Shown piece by piece: positions 17,551-27,682 of a stretch of 64,000 nt of DNA. The stretch covers positions 22,378 through 86,377 of the forward strand of contig CAYYEX010000004.1 in assembly GCA_964471165.1 (NCBI GenBank), written 5' to 3'. Numbering within the stretch: position 1 is the first letter of the stretch; each line of letters starts with the position of its first letter. The stretch comes from an uncultured Candidatus Saccharibacteria bacterium (lineage in GTDB: Bacteria; Patescibacteriota; Minisyncoccia; Phycocordibacterales; UBA2100). A program made the position numbers and the translations under genes. The notes under the pieces are model-generated. The model searched no databases. It worked only from the letters and a program-made list of their open reading frames with translations, and had not been told where the DNA came from.

Positions 17551-20355
17551 CTATTTCATTATGGAAGAGAGCGGACTTTTCACTGGTGTGCCGGCATCTC
17601 CCAGACCAAACTTACGTCGAATCATCGACTCCACTTCTTCTCTCGGCGTGCCGTAGCGTTTGTACGAGGCTTGTTTTATCGCCTCGGTCCTACTATGGTC
17701 AAAGTTTGGCAGGTTCTCTGTTTCAACAGTGAAGGGTCGTGCGGGGACGCCGTTTACCAGGAGCGATACGATACCGGTTCTGTTGGGCAAGTTCTCAATG
17801 TCTTTGGCAGTGAACTCCGGTGAGAATTGTTTCTCCAAAAACTCTGCGTCCGTCGTACCAATACGCATCGCAATTTTTGTTCCGACGTTACCGATAACCG
17901 CATCTCGGATGTCGTCCTCGAGCTGTGCCATAAACTGGTGCGCAACAGTGAGCGAGAGTTTGTATTTACGCGCCTCAGAGAGAATGGTGGAAATGGATGG
18001 TGTGGCAAAGTTCTGAAACTCGTCGATATACATATAGAACGGTGGCAAGACCGCGCGCGTGTCCGCGCGCGAAAACGCAGCCTGTAGGAACTTTGAAACC
18101 AACACTAGACCGAGCAGAGATGCGTTTCTGTCTCCCAGGCGACCTTTTGAGAGGTTGGCCAAGAATATTTTCTTATTGTCGAGAATGTCGCGGAAATTGA
18201 ATGCAGATTGCTCCTGCGCAACAATCGGACGCATGATGTCGTTGGCAAGAAAGACGTCGAACTTACTCGTAATGTACGGCGCGATGCTTTCGAGGCCAGC
18301 GTCACCCTCTGCCGCTTCTGCTATTTTGCGCCAAAACTGCACGACTATCGGATTGTTGCAGCGAGAGATTTTGAGGTCACGAAACGCTTTGTCTGCAAAA
18401 ACTCGCGGCAGTTCCAGGAATGTGTTGCCGGTTGCTGGGTCCTCGACCACAAGCTGCACAGCATTTCGGTAGTACTGTTCAAACATCGGACCGAACGCTT
18501 CCGGCACATCCGAATAGAGTTTGCGAAAGATTTCGTAGACCTCGTCGATGACGAAGGTCTTCATCTCGGGTTTGTTGTGGTCGTATTCGAGCATGTTGAG
18601 ACCCATCGGCATCGCGGTGTATGCGGGGTCAAAATAAATCACGTCATCGAGACGGTGCTCCGGTATTGCAGCCAAAATGTCTTCGATATCGTTGCCGTGT
18701 GGATCAATAAACGCGACCCCCTCCCCGTTTTCGATATCCTGCAGAATCATGTTCTTGATGAAGCCTGTTTTTCCGGTACCAGTCTGGCCGATGATGTAGC
18801 AGTGACGCAAGCGGTCCGCGACGGCGAAACGCACCTTTGTTTCGTCGGCTCCATAGCGGTTGATACCAAGGGAGATACCTTCGGTCGAAATTTCAACTGG
18901 CGCAGGAGCCTGTTTGCCCTGCGATTTTTTCAATTCACGCGATGTGGTCACACGCTCCGCAGTGAAGTGGAATATGGCGTTGATTTCGGCAAGTGAGAGC
19001 GGCATCGCTATCGAGGAGTCGAATGAGCGGTAGGTAAATTCATGCAGGAATCCCGTGAGACTCCAGCTCGACACCCGCTCAAATACAAAGTGATTTCCGT
19101 TGGGATTGTCGTATTGATGCAGAGCCGAGATTAGATTTGAAACCATCTCCTCGGCACGAGGCGCAACGTGGGCCGAAGCCACAAGCCGAATCGAAACCGG
19201 AGCGATTCTCGTGCGCACCTTGCGCGACATTTCATCGAGAGCAATCTTATCAACGGCATGCTTGTCCTCCGGCTTATTGCTTGAGCCCGAGAAAATGTGC
19301 TTTGAAACATCGCGAAATATTTCTCCCACTTCAGTTTCTGGGGCCTTGAGGGCTTGGTTTATCGGAACACCGTTTTCTACTTCTCGAATCATCTTCTGAT
19401 AGTGTTTGTTGTAACGATCACCTTCGGAGCCTACAGTGAGTTGGAGTGCGGCGCCTTCACCATGTTTGGCGATTTTCGAAAAAGCAGCCAGGAGAATGTT
19501 CATCGGGTCATGCTCAAATGCATCAGGCGTCTTTATCGGGAACGCCGGATGCTTTGCGAGCTTGCCGTAGGCCGCAGCATGCGAGCCTTCATAATCAAAA
19601 ATGTTGTAGTCGCCACGGCTCTCGGAGATTGTTGCGTTCGGGAAGACCGACGATATGAGGCGCTCCGCAAGAGTTTTCTTTGCTCGTGGTACCGCGAGAT
19701 AGAGGGTTGCGCTCTCGGAGCCCTGCGGCACGGCGATTTCAAGAGAAAATCCTTCGTCGTGGTCAATCAAGGACAAGAGCCCGGCATAGAGCTGCTCAGA
19801 TGGCGCGAGCATCTGCTCAAGCTTCACTGCACCCTGTTCTTTTGCCCCACTTTCAGCATGAGCCTGCGGGCGCACCTCGAAGAGCACGAGATGAAGCGCT
19901 CGTTTGACCTTTTCGGCAACAGAGGAACCTTTATCGGGCAAACCCTCGGCAATATAGCGCACGAGCACGCGGTGAAAGTCGTCTTCGAGATGCGGATTCT
20001 TGAGCCGCGCTGCGACCGAAAGCGCATTCCTGATTCCCTGTGTCTCGATAATACTCAGTAGTCCGTCGAGCTGTTTATCATGCGCCTCTGGTTCAAGCTT
20101 CATAATCTGCCGCATTGTTTCGTGCTCAGGCATCACAACTGTTTCGTGCAGGATTGTTGCTGTGGGAATATCGGAGTATTCAACAATTTCGCGCTTAGCG
20201 ATACGCTCTGATTCAAACTTTCCTGGCTGCAGCGATAGTTCGCGCTCTTTCTGCGCGACCTGCTCACGTAGGTATGCGAGTTCTTCCTCGGCGGATTTTA
20301 ACTTTTCAGAATTGGCACGCGGCGTAATACGCTCGCTCAATATGCGCGGCTCCAT
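17551..20355 (-). CDS. 934-aa P-loop ATPase with a C-terminal TraD/TraG/VirD4-like (type IV coupling protein-like, FtsK-HerA superfamily) domain
   Basis: Walker A IIGQTGTGKTGF, Walker B MYIDEFQNF, and a TraG-family HQ..QL motif (AHQFMAQL). The N-terminal ~470 aa are uncharacterised. Confidence 0.6.
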   Translation of the reverse strand: MEPRILSERITPRANSEKLKSAEEELAYLREQVAQKERELSLQPGKFESERIAKREIVEYSDIPTATILHETVVMPEHETMRQIMKLEPEAHDKQLDGLLSIIETQGIRNALSVAARLKNPHLEDDFHRVLVRYIAEGLPDKGSSVAEKVKRALHLVLFEVRPQAHAESGAKEQGAVKLEQMLAPSEQLYAGLLSLIDHDEGFSLEIAVPQGSESATLYLAVPRAKKTLAERLISSVFPNATISESRGDYNIFDYEGSHAAAYGKLAKHPAFPIKTPDAFEHDPMNILLAAFSKIAKHGEGAALQLTVGSEGDRYNKHYQKMIREVENGVPINQALKAPETEVGEIFRDVSKHIFSGSSNKPEDKHAVDKIALDEMSRKVRTRIAPVSIRLVASAHVAPRAEEMVSNLISALHQYDNPNGNHFVFERVSSWSLTGFLHEFTYRSFDSSIAMPLSLAEINAIFHFTAERVTTSRELKKSQGKQAPAPVEISTEGISLGINRYGADETKVRFAVADRLRHCYIIGQTGTGKTGFIKNMILQDIENGEGVAFIDPHGNDIEDILAAIPEHRLDDVIYFDPAYTAMPMGLNMLEYDHNKPEMKTFVIDEVYEIFRKLYSDVPEAFGPMFEQYYRNAVQLVVEDPATGNTFLELPRVFADKAFRDLKISRCNNPIVVQFWRKIAEAAEGDAGLESIAPYITSKFDVFLANDIMRPIVAQEQSAFNFRDILDNKKIFLANLSKGRLGDRNASLLGLVLVSKFLQAAFSRADTRAVLPPFYMYIDEFQNFATPSISTILSEARKYKLSLTVAHQFMAQLEDDIRDAVIGNVGTKIAMRIGTTDAEFLEKQFSPEFTAKDIENLPNRTGIVSLLVNGVPARPFTVETENLPNFDHSRTEAIKQASYKRYGTPREEVESMIRRKFGLGDAGTPVKSPLSSIMK

Positions 20356-20470
20356 ATCAAAAGTATACCTCGTGAGATATGCAGTCTGATTTGCATGGCG
20401 CGGTATAGCGGGGGTATCTCATGGGGTATAACCTACCCCAAATCGAGGAGTGCGCGGGCGCGGGTATACG

Positions 20471-21772
20471 TTACTTCCGCAAAGGAGACGGTAGTATCGA
20501 CTTACTGCCAATGTCGCGTCGGAAATACTTACCTTCGAACGCAATTTTTTCTACTGCCTGATAAGCAAGGTCGCGCGCTCGCTCTATCGGCGAGCCAATA
20601 GCGGAAACACTGAGCACGCGCCCACCGTTGGTGCGCAGCGCATCAGTGCGCTTTGTGCCCCCGTGAAATACAACCACGTTGTCCACCTTCCCCGCCTCGA
20701 TAAGGCCTCCGATGGTGTAACCAACGGTGTAATCGTCTGGATAACCCTTGGATGTCAGCACGATGTTAATTGCACCTTCGGTACCCCAGAGTGGCACATG
20801 CGTCCCAATTCCACCGTCTACACATTCGTTGAGCAGGTCGAGGAGGTCGCTCTCGAGCAATCGCATATACACCTGAGTTTCTGGGTCTCCGAAACAAACA
20901 TTCCACTCAATAACCTTCGGCCCTGTTGGGGTCAACATAATCGCGGGAAACAACATGCCCTGAAATGGGGTTCCCTTTTCTCCAAGAACGCGAATCATCG
21001 GTTTGATAACCATGTTTTCTACATCCAACATCATTTGCGACGTGACCCAGGGCACCGCAGCTATCGTGCCCATACCCCCAGTATTTTTTCCGGTGTCACC
21101 CTCGCCAACGCGTTTATGGTCTTGCGAAGATGGACAGAGGGCGTAGTTCACACCATCGGTAAACGCATGTACCGAGATTTCATCCCCCGTTATAAACTCT
21201 TCAATTACAACTGTTGTACCAGCCTCACCCAGAGTCTTTTTGACCATCAGGTCATCGATTGCAGAGTGTGCAGCCTCCTTGGTTTCGCAGATGCATACGC
21301 CTTTACCGTCGGCGAGTCCGCTTGCTTTCACCACGAGTGGCAACGTACTGGCCTCGGCATACACGTGTGCCTCTGCCACCTCAGTGAACGAGCGATATAC
21401 GGCGGTCGGTATCCCCGCCTCTTCCATGAGTTTTTTTGCGAACGCTTTTGATGTTTCGATTTTTGCTGCGGCTTTTGTTGGGCCGAAAATTCGCAGGCCC
21501 GCGTGTTTGAACTGGTCGACGATTCCCGAAGCAATCGCATCTTCTGGCCCAACAACCGTGAGCCCGACATGGGCAGAGAGAGCAAACTTGAGAAGCTCTG
21601 TTACATTGTCTGCTTTGATTTCGACGTTTTTGCAAAACGACTCTGTTCCACCATTTCCCGGCGCAACGTAGATGGTGCCCACGCGCGACGACTGCGACAG
21701 CTTCCACGCAAGCGCATGCTCGCGCGAGCCACTTCCAATTATCAAAATATCGGTCTTTTCAGCATCGGGCAT
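20471..21772 (-). CDS. purD: phosphoribosylamine-glycine ligase
   Basis: ILIIGSGSREHALAWKL...ATP-grasp body...VFHGGTK. Confidence 0.9.
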   Translation of the reverse strand: MPDAEKTDILIIGSGSREHALAWKLSQSSRVGTIYVAPGNGGTESFCKNVEIKADNVTELLKFALSAHVGLTVVGPEDAIASGIVDQFKHAGLRIFGPTKAAAKIETSKAFAKKLMEEAGIPTAVYRSFTEVAEAHVYAEASTLPLVVKASGLADGKGVCICETKEAAHSAIDDLMVKKTLGEAGTTVVIEEFITGDEISVHAFTDGVNYALCPSSQDHKRVGEGDTGKNTGGMGTIAAVPWVTSQMMLDVENMVIKPMIRVLGEKGTPFQGMLFPAIMLTPTGPKVIEWNVCFGDPETQVYMRLLESDLLDLLNECVDGGIGTHVPLWGTEGAINIVLTSKGYPDDYTVGYTIGGLIEAGKVDNVVVFHGGTKRTDALRTNGGRVLSVSAIGSPIERARDLAYQAVEKIAFEGKYFRRDIGSKSILPSPLRK

Positions 21773-21798
21773 TATGACCTACTATACACCGCTCTTGT

Positions 21799-22569
21799 TT
21801 ACTCTTTCGTCAGAATTTCGGGACCGTCTGCGGTAATCATGACCGTGTGTTCTGAATGTGCGGCACGCGAGCCATCTTTTGTGCGATAGGAGTGACCATC
21901 ATCGTCGACAAACAAATCGCCCTTACCGAGCGTAAACATTGGCTCAATGGCAATCACCAAGCCCTCCACGAGCTTGTCTCCGGAACCAGGCGCGCCGAAA
22001 TTCGGAACATACGGCTCCTCGTGCACCTTGGTGCCTACCCCGTGCCCAGAAAGATTCTTTGGGTATCCAAACTTGTTTGCTTTGGCAAAGCGTTCCACCG
22101 CATAGCCAATGTCTCCTGTCATCTTTCCCAGCTGCGCTTCAGCAATGCCGAGCAGCAGCGCCTCGTGGGTTCCGCGCACCAAGCGAAGGTCTTCGGGATT
22201 GTGTTTCTTTCCTGCAATTACAGTATGCGCATGGTCGGTAAAAAGGCCGCGGTGTTTGATACCAAAGTCGATACACACCACGTCACCCTCTTCGATAAGC
22301 ATGTTGTTCACTGCCGCAGGGCTATGCACAATCACGTCGTTGACTGACACACAAAGTGCCGATGGGTATGGATGCTCGTCTTTCTTCCCCTTGTAGCCTA
22401 AAAATGCAGGCGTGTCTCCATCCTTCTCCACCATTGCGCGAGCTTTTTCTTCGAGCTCTGCCGAGGTAATGCCGGGTACAACCATTTCTGAGAGGATTCG
22501 TACGTGTCGGGCCAACCGACGCCCGCCTTCGCGCAAAATCTCTATCTCTTCTTTAGTCTTGGCAATCAT
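21799..22569 (-). CDS. map: methionine aminopeptidase type I
   Basis: MIAKTKEEIEILREGGRRLA...pita-bread fold metal ligands (D..D..H..E..E). Confidence 0.9.
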   Translation of the reverse strand: MIAKTKEEIEILREGGRRLARHVRILSEMVVPGITSAELEEKARAMVEKDGDTPAFLGYKGKKDEHPYPSALCVSVNDVIVHSPAAVNNMLIEEGDVVCIDFGIKHRGLFTDHAHTVIAGKKHNPEDLRLVRGTHEALLLGIAEAQLGKMTGDIGYAVERFAKANKFGYPKNLSGHGVGTKVHEEPYVPNFGAPGSGDKLVEGLVIAIEPMFTLGKGDLFVDDDGHSYRTKDGSRAAHSEHTVMITADGPEILTKE

Positions 22570-23156
22570 GAAAGTCTGAGGGCTGCGAGGATGTTTTTGT
22601 GAATGGTATCGGTATCTGGCTCGCCGTCAATCTCGTGAATGACACGTCCCCGTTTCTGCAGGAGCTCGAGTTGCGGCATCACATCGGTCTTCGTCCAGGC
22701 AAGACGGCGGCGAATAGCTTCTTCGGTGTCGTCGTTGCGACCACGCGCAAGTAAGCGCTTTACCGCCGTGTCGTCGTTGATAACAAGATTGATGACCTGA
22801 AAGTTTGTGTCGCGGCCATAGAACTGCATCATGTCGTCGAACCCTCGAGTCTGATCTTCTCCACGAGCAAGACCGTCTGCGATGATGTGCTCCTGCCCGG
22901 TAAAGTTGTCGGCTACCTTTTTCGTTTGCAGGTAAATTGCCATGAAGTCGAAAATGCGGATGCCATTGTCGATAATGTTGCCGGTGAGCTTGCCGGTGTG
23001 CGTGCCGGTGTCACGCAGATTGCGCAACTCCTGACCCATGTCGATGCGGATAATGCCCCGCTCAGATCCCTTTGCGAGGTGGTCAATAAGCATCTGCACT
23101 TGCGTGCCTTTGCCGGCTCCCTGTGAGCCGAAGAATAGTACGGTAACTGGTTCCAT
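22566..23156 (-). CDS. adk: adenylate kinase (short form)
   Basis: FFGSQGAGKGTQ P-loop; gene order secY...adk-map. Confidence 0.9.
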   Translation of the reverse strand: MEPVTVLFFGSQGAGKGTQVQMLIDHLAKGSERGIIRIDMGQELRNLRDTGTHTGKLTGNIIDNGIRIFDFMAIYLQTKKVADNFTGQEHIIADGLARGEDQTRGFDDMMQFYGRDTNFQVINLVINDDTAVKRLLARGRNDDTEEAIRRRLAWTKTDVMPQLELLQKRGRVIHEIDGEPDTDTIHKNILAALRLS

Positions 23157-23158
23157 AA

Positions 23159-23734
23159 TTATTCGAGAGTATAGCCCTCTTTCTTCAAAATCTCCACGAT
23201 TTCAACTATTGCCTCATCGAGCTTCCCTTGGCGATTCACAACCTTGTAGTCGTAGATGTCTTCGTGTTTGAGCCACTCTTTTGTGTACTCCATGCGCTCT
23301 TGAATGTATTCCTCGGATACCCCATCGCGAGAACGAATGCGCTGTGCAAGAACCTCAAGCGAATCGGCCATAATAAAAATTGAGCGAATCTCTGGAAACA
23401 ACTTCTTTGCAGTTATCACACCCTGATACTCAATTTTCCACGTGCCAATGCCAGGAAGTGCATTTACTCGCTCGAGCTCTGCCTTTGTTACGCCGTAGAG
23501 ATTTCCGTTGTACTGCTTGGCCCACTCAATCATGTCGCCATTTGCAATCTTTTCCTCGAATGCCTCCTTGGATATGTAGTAGTACGAGGCGCCCTCGACT
23601 TCTCCTGGCCGCATTGCCCGGGTCGTTGATGTGACAGCGCGGTTCACAGTCGTGTACTTGCGCAGTCCCTCGATAATCGAGTCCTCGCCTGCTCCTGACG
23701 GGCCGGAGATAATAACAACGTTATCCAACTTCAT
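23159..23734 (-). CDS. gmk: guanylate kinase
   Basis: IISGPSGAGEDS...TTRAMRPGEVEGASYYYISKE. Confidence 0.85.
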   Translation of the reverse strand: MKLDNVVIISGPSGAGEDSIIEGLRKYTTVNRAVTSTTRAMRPGEVEGASYYYISKEAFEEKIANGDMIEWAKQYNGNLYGVTKAELERVNALPGIGTWKIEYQGVITAKKLFPEIRSIFIMADSLEVLAQRIRSRDGVSEEYIQERMEYTKEWLKHEDIYDYKVVNRQGKLDEAIVEIVEILKKEGYTLE

Positions 23735-23801
23735 GTCGAGAGATTAGCACAAAACAACCAAAAAACCCCACCTTTCAGCAGGATTTTTTGCATCTGCATA
23801 T

Positions 23802-24941
23802 TTATGCAGCTTTCTTTTCTTCACCCTCCGGCAGCATCATGCGCGCCGTCTCGAGTGTCTCCTCATTCAGTTCCATTAGGCCCACCTTACGACCGTCCGG
23901 GAGTGTGACCGAGGCATTCTGCACAACCTCCAAGAAATTACCTCCCCACGTGTTGCCGTGAATCTTGCCGCCGATTTCCGATATCGCTTTTTTCGCCGTC
24001 GACTCAGATATCGGAAACTCCTGTCCCTTTATAGTTATTGTGACAGTGACCGGTGCGCGCTCTTTCTCCAATTCCGTGAGCTTAATCAGCTCGACTTTCG
24101 GGGAAATATGCATGTATCCGGCCTCATTGCGGTTGTAAATTGAATCGCCGTAGTTGTCGCTCTGACGGAAGAGAAATGGCGCCCGCACAATATCATCGCT
24201 ACCACGCATGAGCTCGGCGAATTCCGGGCTCACGACCGTATAGTTATATTCAGGCTTTTTGATGTATTCTAATCCCCCATCCTCTTCCTTGAAATGAATC
24301 TCTGAGCGCATCAAATACTCGGCGCCTTTCGCTTGCGCCTCCGCCACTGCAGCATCACGCGCCATGCCGGGTCGGCTGCGGTAAAAAGTCTTTTTGGTCT
24401 CGATGGGCGCCGCGCCAGGACCAAAACCGATTCTTGTTCCTGCAGGTACCAGCACCGCCGCAATTTCTGATTCAATTTGGCTTTGGATTGAGCGTTCCCT
24501 GCCGTTCTCACGAGACGCATAGAACGAGTACTCCGGTAACAAGTCCCCGCCATCAATCGCATCCTCAAGACGTTCGACATCTTTGATGAAAGTTTCGATT
24601 GGGCAGGGGGCCGCTTCTATCCCTTGCGCCGCGGCAACAACTTTCAACTTTTCCGTGTATTCATTGTATGCGGCTGCAATATATTCCGCTTCAGAAATAA
24701 TGTCCTCTCGAAATTTGCCGTATACCGCATCAAGATTCAGTGCGTTACTCTCGGCTGTCATCTGTCGCTCTGTCTGCCCACGGAACCCGATACGCTGGAT
24801 AAGCACCTTCTCTATGGCCTCTTTGTCAGCAGCGGCAGTTTCTAACTTTGACTCGGCCATTGCCGCCGTGAGGTCCTCCGAGGTTCTTTTGTTCTTAAAA
24901 GCATCAAATTTTTCCATATATGAGAACGGTAGCACACGCAA
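23802..24941 (-). CDS. hypothetical protein inserted between secY and gmk (the track start is TTG; an internal ATG at 24917 is also possible)
   Basis: ORF only; acidic, probably alpha-helical, no recognisable motif. Confidence 0.35.
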   Translation of the reverse strand: MRVLPFSYMEKFDAFKNKRTSEDLTAAMAESKLETAAADKEAIEKVLIQRIGFRGQTERQMTAESNALNLDAVYGKFREDIISEAEYIAAAYNEYTEKLKVVAAAQGIEAAPCPIETFIKDVERLEDAIDGGDLLPEYSFYASRENGRERSIQSQIESEIAAVLVPAGTRIGFGPGAAPIETKKTFYRSRPGMARDAAVAEAQAKGAEYLMRSEIHFKEEDGGLEYIKKPEYNYTVVSPEFAELMRGSDDIVRAPFLFRQSDNYGDSIYNRNEAGYMHISPKVELIKLTELEKERAPVTVTITIKGQEFPISESTAKKAISEIGGKIHGNTWGGNFLEVVQNASVTLPDGRKVGLMELNEETLETARMMLPEGEEKKAA

Positions 24942-24943
24942 AA

Positions 24944-24964
24944 CCCCACCTTTGTGGGGTGGGG
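24944..24964 (-). terminator. hairpin CCCCACC...GGTGGGG followed by a T-tract on the minus strand, downstream of secY
   Basis: 7-bp GC-rich stem with TTTTG following in the minus-strand reading. Confidence 0.45.
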
Positions 24965-24991
24965 ATAAGCGATTCTAGGCTCAGTTGAGCG

Positions 24992-26266
24992 CTAGTACTC
25001 TCTAATCGACGTTTGAGCGTCAATCTTTTTGACGAGATCAAGTACTACGGATACGGCGATGAGGAGCGCTGTACCGCCAATGGTAACTGCGGTGATGCCC
25101 GTGATTCCCTGGAGGATGATTGGAAGCACTGCGAGCGAGCCCAAGAAGAGTGCCCCCACGAGCGTAATGCGCGTGATGATGTTGCCGAGGTAATCCGCAG
25201 TGGTGTTGCCCGGACGAACGCCTGGGATGAACGCGCCGTTCTTCTGCAAGTTCTTCGCAATCTGGTGCGGTTCAAACGTGATTGCCGTATAGAAGTACGT
25301 GAACATAACAACGAAGAAGAAGTAGAGTCCGCCGTATACCCACTGATTCGCAAGACCGGTAACCACTGCGTGCGCGCCTGCTGCAATCCACGAAATGGAT
25401 ACTCGCTCGAGGAACGTAGCAATCATCTGCGGAAACAACAGGAACGAGAGTGCGAAGATTATCGGAATCACGCCCGCCTGGTTCACGCGAAGCGGCAAGT
25501 ATGTGGAGACACCGCCGAGCACCTTTGCGCCACGCACGCGTCGTGCGTAGGTAACCGGAATTGGTCGCTCTGCTTCGGTGATGTACACCACCCCAGCCAT
25601 GATGGCGATACCAGCGGCGATGAAGCCGAGGTACGCAGGGAGCTGTGATGGGTCAAAGGCAAAGAGCGTCTGAGCCACCGCGCTCGGTACCGATGAAACG
25701 ATACCCGCGAAGATGATGAGCGACACACCGTTACCTACCCCAAACTCAGAGATGAGTTCTCCAATCCACATGAGGAAGATTGAACCTGCTGCGATAACAA
25801 TTACGTTGGTGGCAAGTCCGATGGCGGAGAGCGCTGGAACAATGCCGTTCTGCTGCAACAGGAGTAGGAACGCGAATGCCTGGAGGAATGCGAGCGGGAT
25901 AGAGAGGTAGCGCGAGTACTGCGAGAAGCGCTGACGACCCGCATCTCCTTCTTCCTGATACATCTCCTTGAGGCGCGGCACGAGGATGGTCATCAGCTGC
26001 ATTACGATAGAGGCCGTGATGTACGGACCAACACCAAGCATGACGATGGAAAGGTTTGAAAATCCACCTCCCGAGAAGATGTTGAGGAGTCCGAAGAACT
26101 GATTGTTCGAAAGGAATGCCTCGAGCTGTATTGCATCGATACCTGGTACCGGAATAGCCGCCAAAAAGCGGAATACCACGAGTGCCCCGAGAACGAAGAG
26201 GATGCGGCTGCGCAACCCCTCGTCTTCGAACACAAGCTTTGTCTTTCGAAGGAAGGATTCAAACAT
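24992..26266 (-). CDS. secY: preprotein translocase subunit SecY
   Basis: 10-TM protein with a conserved SecY signature; it follows rplO. Confidence 0.95.
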   Translation of the reverse strand: MFESFLRKTKLVFEDEGLRSRILFVLGALVVFRFLAAIPVPGIDAIQLEAFLSNNQFFGLLNIFSGGGFSNLSIVMLGVGPYITASIVMQLMTILVPRLKEMYQEEGDAGRQRFSQYSRYLSIPLAFLQAFAFLLLLQQNGIVPALSAIGLATNVIVIAAGSIFLMWIGELISEFGVGNGVSLIIFAGIVSSVPSAVAQTLFAFDPSQLPAYLGFIAAGIAIMAGVVYITEAERPIPVTYARRVRGAKVLGGVSTYLPLRVNQAGVIPIIFALSFLLFPQMIATFLERVSISWIAAGAHAVVTGLANQWVYGGLYFFFVVMFTYFYTAITFEPHQIAKNLQKNGAFIPGVRPGNTTADYLGNIITRITLVGALFLGSLAVLPIILQGITGITAVTIGGTALLIAVSVVLDLVKKIDAQTSIREY

Positions 26267-26272
26267 ATTGCT

Positions 26273-26710
26273 TTATTTAGTTGCTACCGAGCCACCTGCT
26301 TTTTCAACTGTTGCTCGGGCAGGGCCCGTAACACGGACACCCTTGAACGAGTACTTCTTTGAGGTTTCGCCGGCAACGATGGTGATTGGCTGACTCTTTC
26401 GTGCGAGGTTCAAATCGAGAATCATCTGGCGTGTTACCTCTCCTGCTGCAAAGATTGCATCAATCTTGGTGAGCGAGATAGCGCGCGCACCCTGCCCAGG
26501 GATAACAGTTCGGCCTCGGTTTTTACCGTAGCCACGGCGCTTTGGAAGCTTCTTGATGATGTCGCGCATTTCTGGGCGCACCTTGTGGCCCGCACGTGCG
26601 GTCTGGCCCTTACCTCCTCGTCCTGACTGCTTACCGCGGGTAGAACCCTGACCGCGTCCGACGCGACGATATGGTCGCTTTCCTGTGCGTGTGAGTGTGT
26701 TGAGTTCCAT
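26273..26710 (-). CDS. rplO: 50S ribosomal protein L15
   Basis: MELNTLTRTGKRPYRRVGRGQGS... Confidence 0.95.
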   Translation of the reverse strand: MELNTLTRTGKRPYRRVGRGQGSTRGKQSGRGGKGQTARAGHKVRPEMRDIIKKLPKRRGYGKNRGRTVIPGQGARAISLTKIDAIFAAGEVTRQMILDLNLARKSQPITIVAGETSKKYSFKGVRVTGPARATVEKAGGSVATK

Positions 26711-26711
26711 A

Positions 26712-27317
26712 TTATTTCATTGAGACCGATGCGAGTGCCTGAAGCGCTGCGCGTGCGTTGTTGATTGGGTTCTTTGAGCGTGAGAGCAACTTTGCAGTTA
26801 CATCGGAAACACCTGCCATTTCGAGCACAGAGCGAACCGATGAACCAGCTACGAGACCGCGTCCCGGAGATGGTCGGATTTCAACAACCGATGCGCAGAA
26901 CTTTGCCTCGACGTTGTGCTTGATTGAGCGATTCTTGGTGAGGTTGAGCGTAATCATGTGACGCTTTGCGTGGCGTGTAGCCTTTTCGATTGCGAGCTGT
27001 GTGTCTGCAGCCTTGCCAACACCCACACCGACGCGACCCTTCTTGTCACCGATAACGATTGCGACAGAGAAATTGAAGCGACGACCGCCTGCCATAACAC
27101 GGGCAACACGACGGATGCCAATCATTTTCTGAGCGAACTCGGAGCGTTCACGTTCCGGGCGGTTTCCCCCACGGCGTGGACCACGAGCTCCTGGGCCACC
27201 ACGACGGTCACGGTTGTCGTTGCGACCACCGGTTCGAGCTGGGCGTTCAGCAACCGCTGCTGGAGCAGCCGCGTTTGTCTGAGTTGCCTCCGTGTTCTGT
27301 TGTGTTTCGTCAGCCAT
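26712..27317 (-). CDS. rpsE: 30S ribosomal protein S5 with an R/G-rich N-terminal extension
   Basis: IGIRRVARVMAGGRRFNFSVAIVIGDKKGRVGVGVGKA. It directly abuts rplO, with no rpmD between them. Confidence 0.95.
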   Translation of the reverse strand: MADETQQNTEATQTNAAAPAAVAERPARTGGRNDNRDRRGGPGARGPRRGGNRPERERSEFAQKMIGIRRVARVMAGGRRFNFSVAIVIGDKKGRVGVGVGKAADTQLAIEKATRHAKRHMITLNLTKNRSIKHNVEAKFCASVVEIRPSPGRGLVAGSSVRSVLEMAGVSDVTAKLLSRSKNPINNARAALQALASVSMK

Positions 27318-27326
27318 AATAATTGT

Positions 27327-27671
27327 TTAAAATTCTAATCCTGCACCTCGTGCTGCATCTGCAAAAGCTTTGATAGTACCGACATACTGGAAGCCGCCGC
27401 GGTCAAATACAACTGCCTTGATTCCCTTTGCAACAGCTGCCTTGGCAATCGTTGCCGCTGCCTGTTCCGCACGTTCCTTTGGAGTCTTACCCTTTTCATC
27501 AGCCGAAGATACAGCTGCGAGCGTAACACCCTTGGTGTCGTCGATGATTTGTGCGGTAAGGCGCGTGTTCGACTTGTAAATCGAAAGACGCGGTCGTGAT
27601 TCCGTTCCAGAAACACCTGCGCGTACGCGTCGGTGTCGTCGTTCTCGTTGTTCTCGTTTTGTGAGTGCCAT
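27327..27671 (-). CDS. rplR: 50S ribosomal protein L18
   Basis: [25 protein letters not shown]...[21 protein letters not shown]. Confidence 0.95.
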   Translation of the reverse strand: MALTKREQRERRHRRVRAGVSGTESRPRLSIYKSNTRLTAQIIDDTKGVTLAAVSSADEKGKTPKERAEQAAATIAKAAVAKGIKAVVFDRGGFQYVGTIKAFADAARGAGLEF

Positions 27672-27682
27672 ATATAGATTTA

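Noticed and set aside
18208-18996. 262-aa plus-strand ORF
   Set aside because: It lies entirely inside, and antisense to, the well-supported 934-aa ATPase gene.
20663-21451. 262-aa plus-strand ORF
   Set aside because: Antisense to purD, which has clear conserved motifs.
25013-25648. 211-aa plus-strand ORF
   Set aside because: Antisense to secY.
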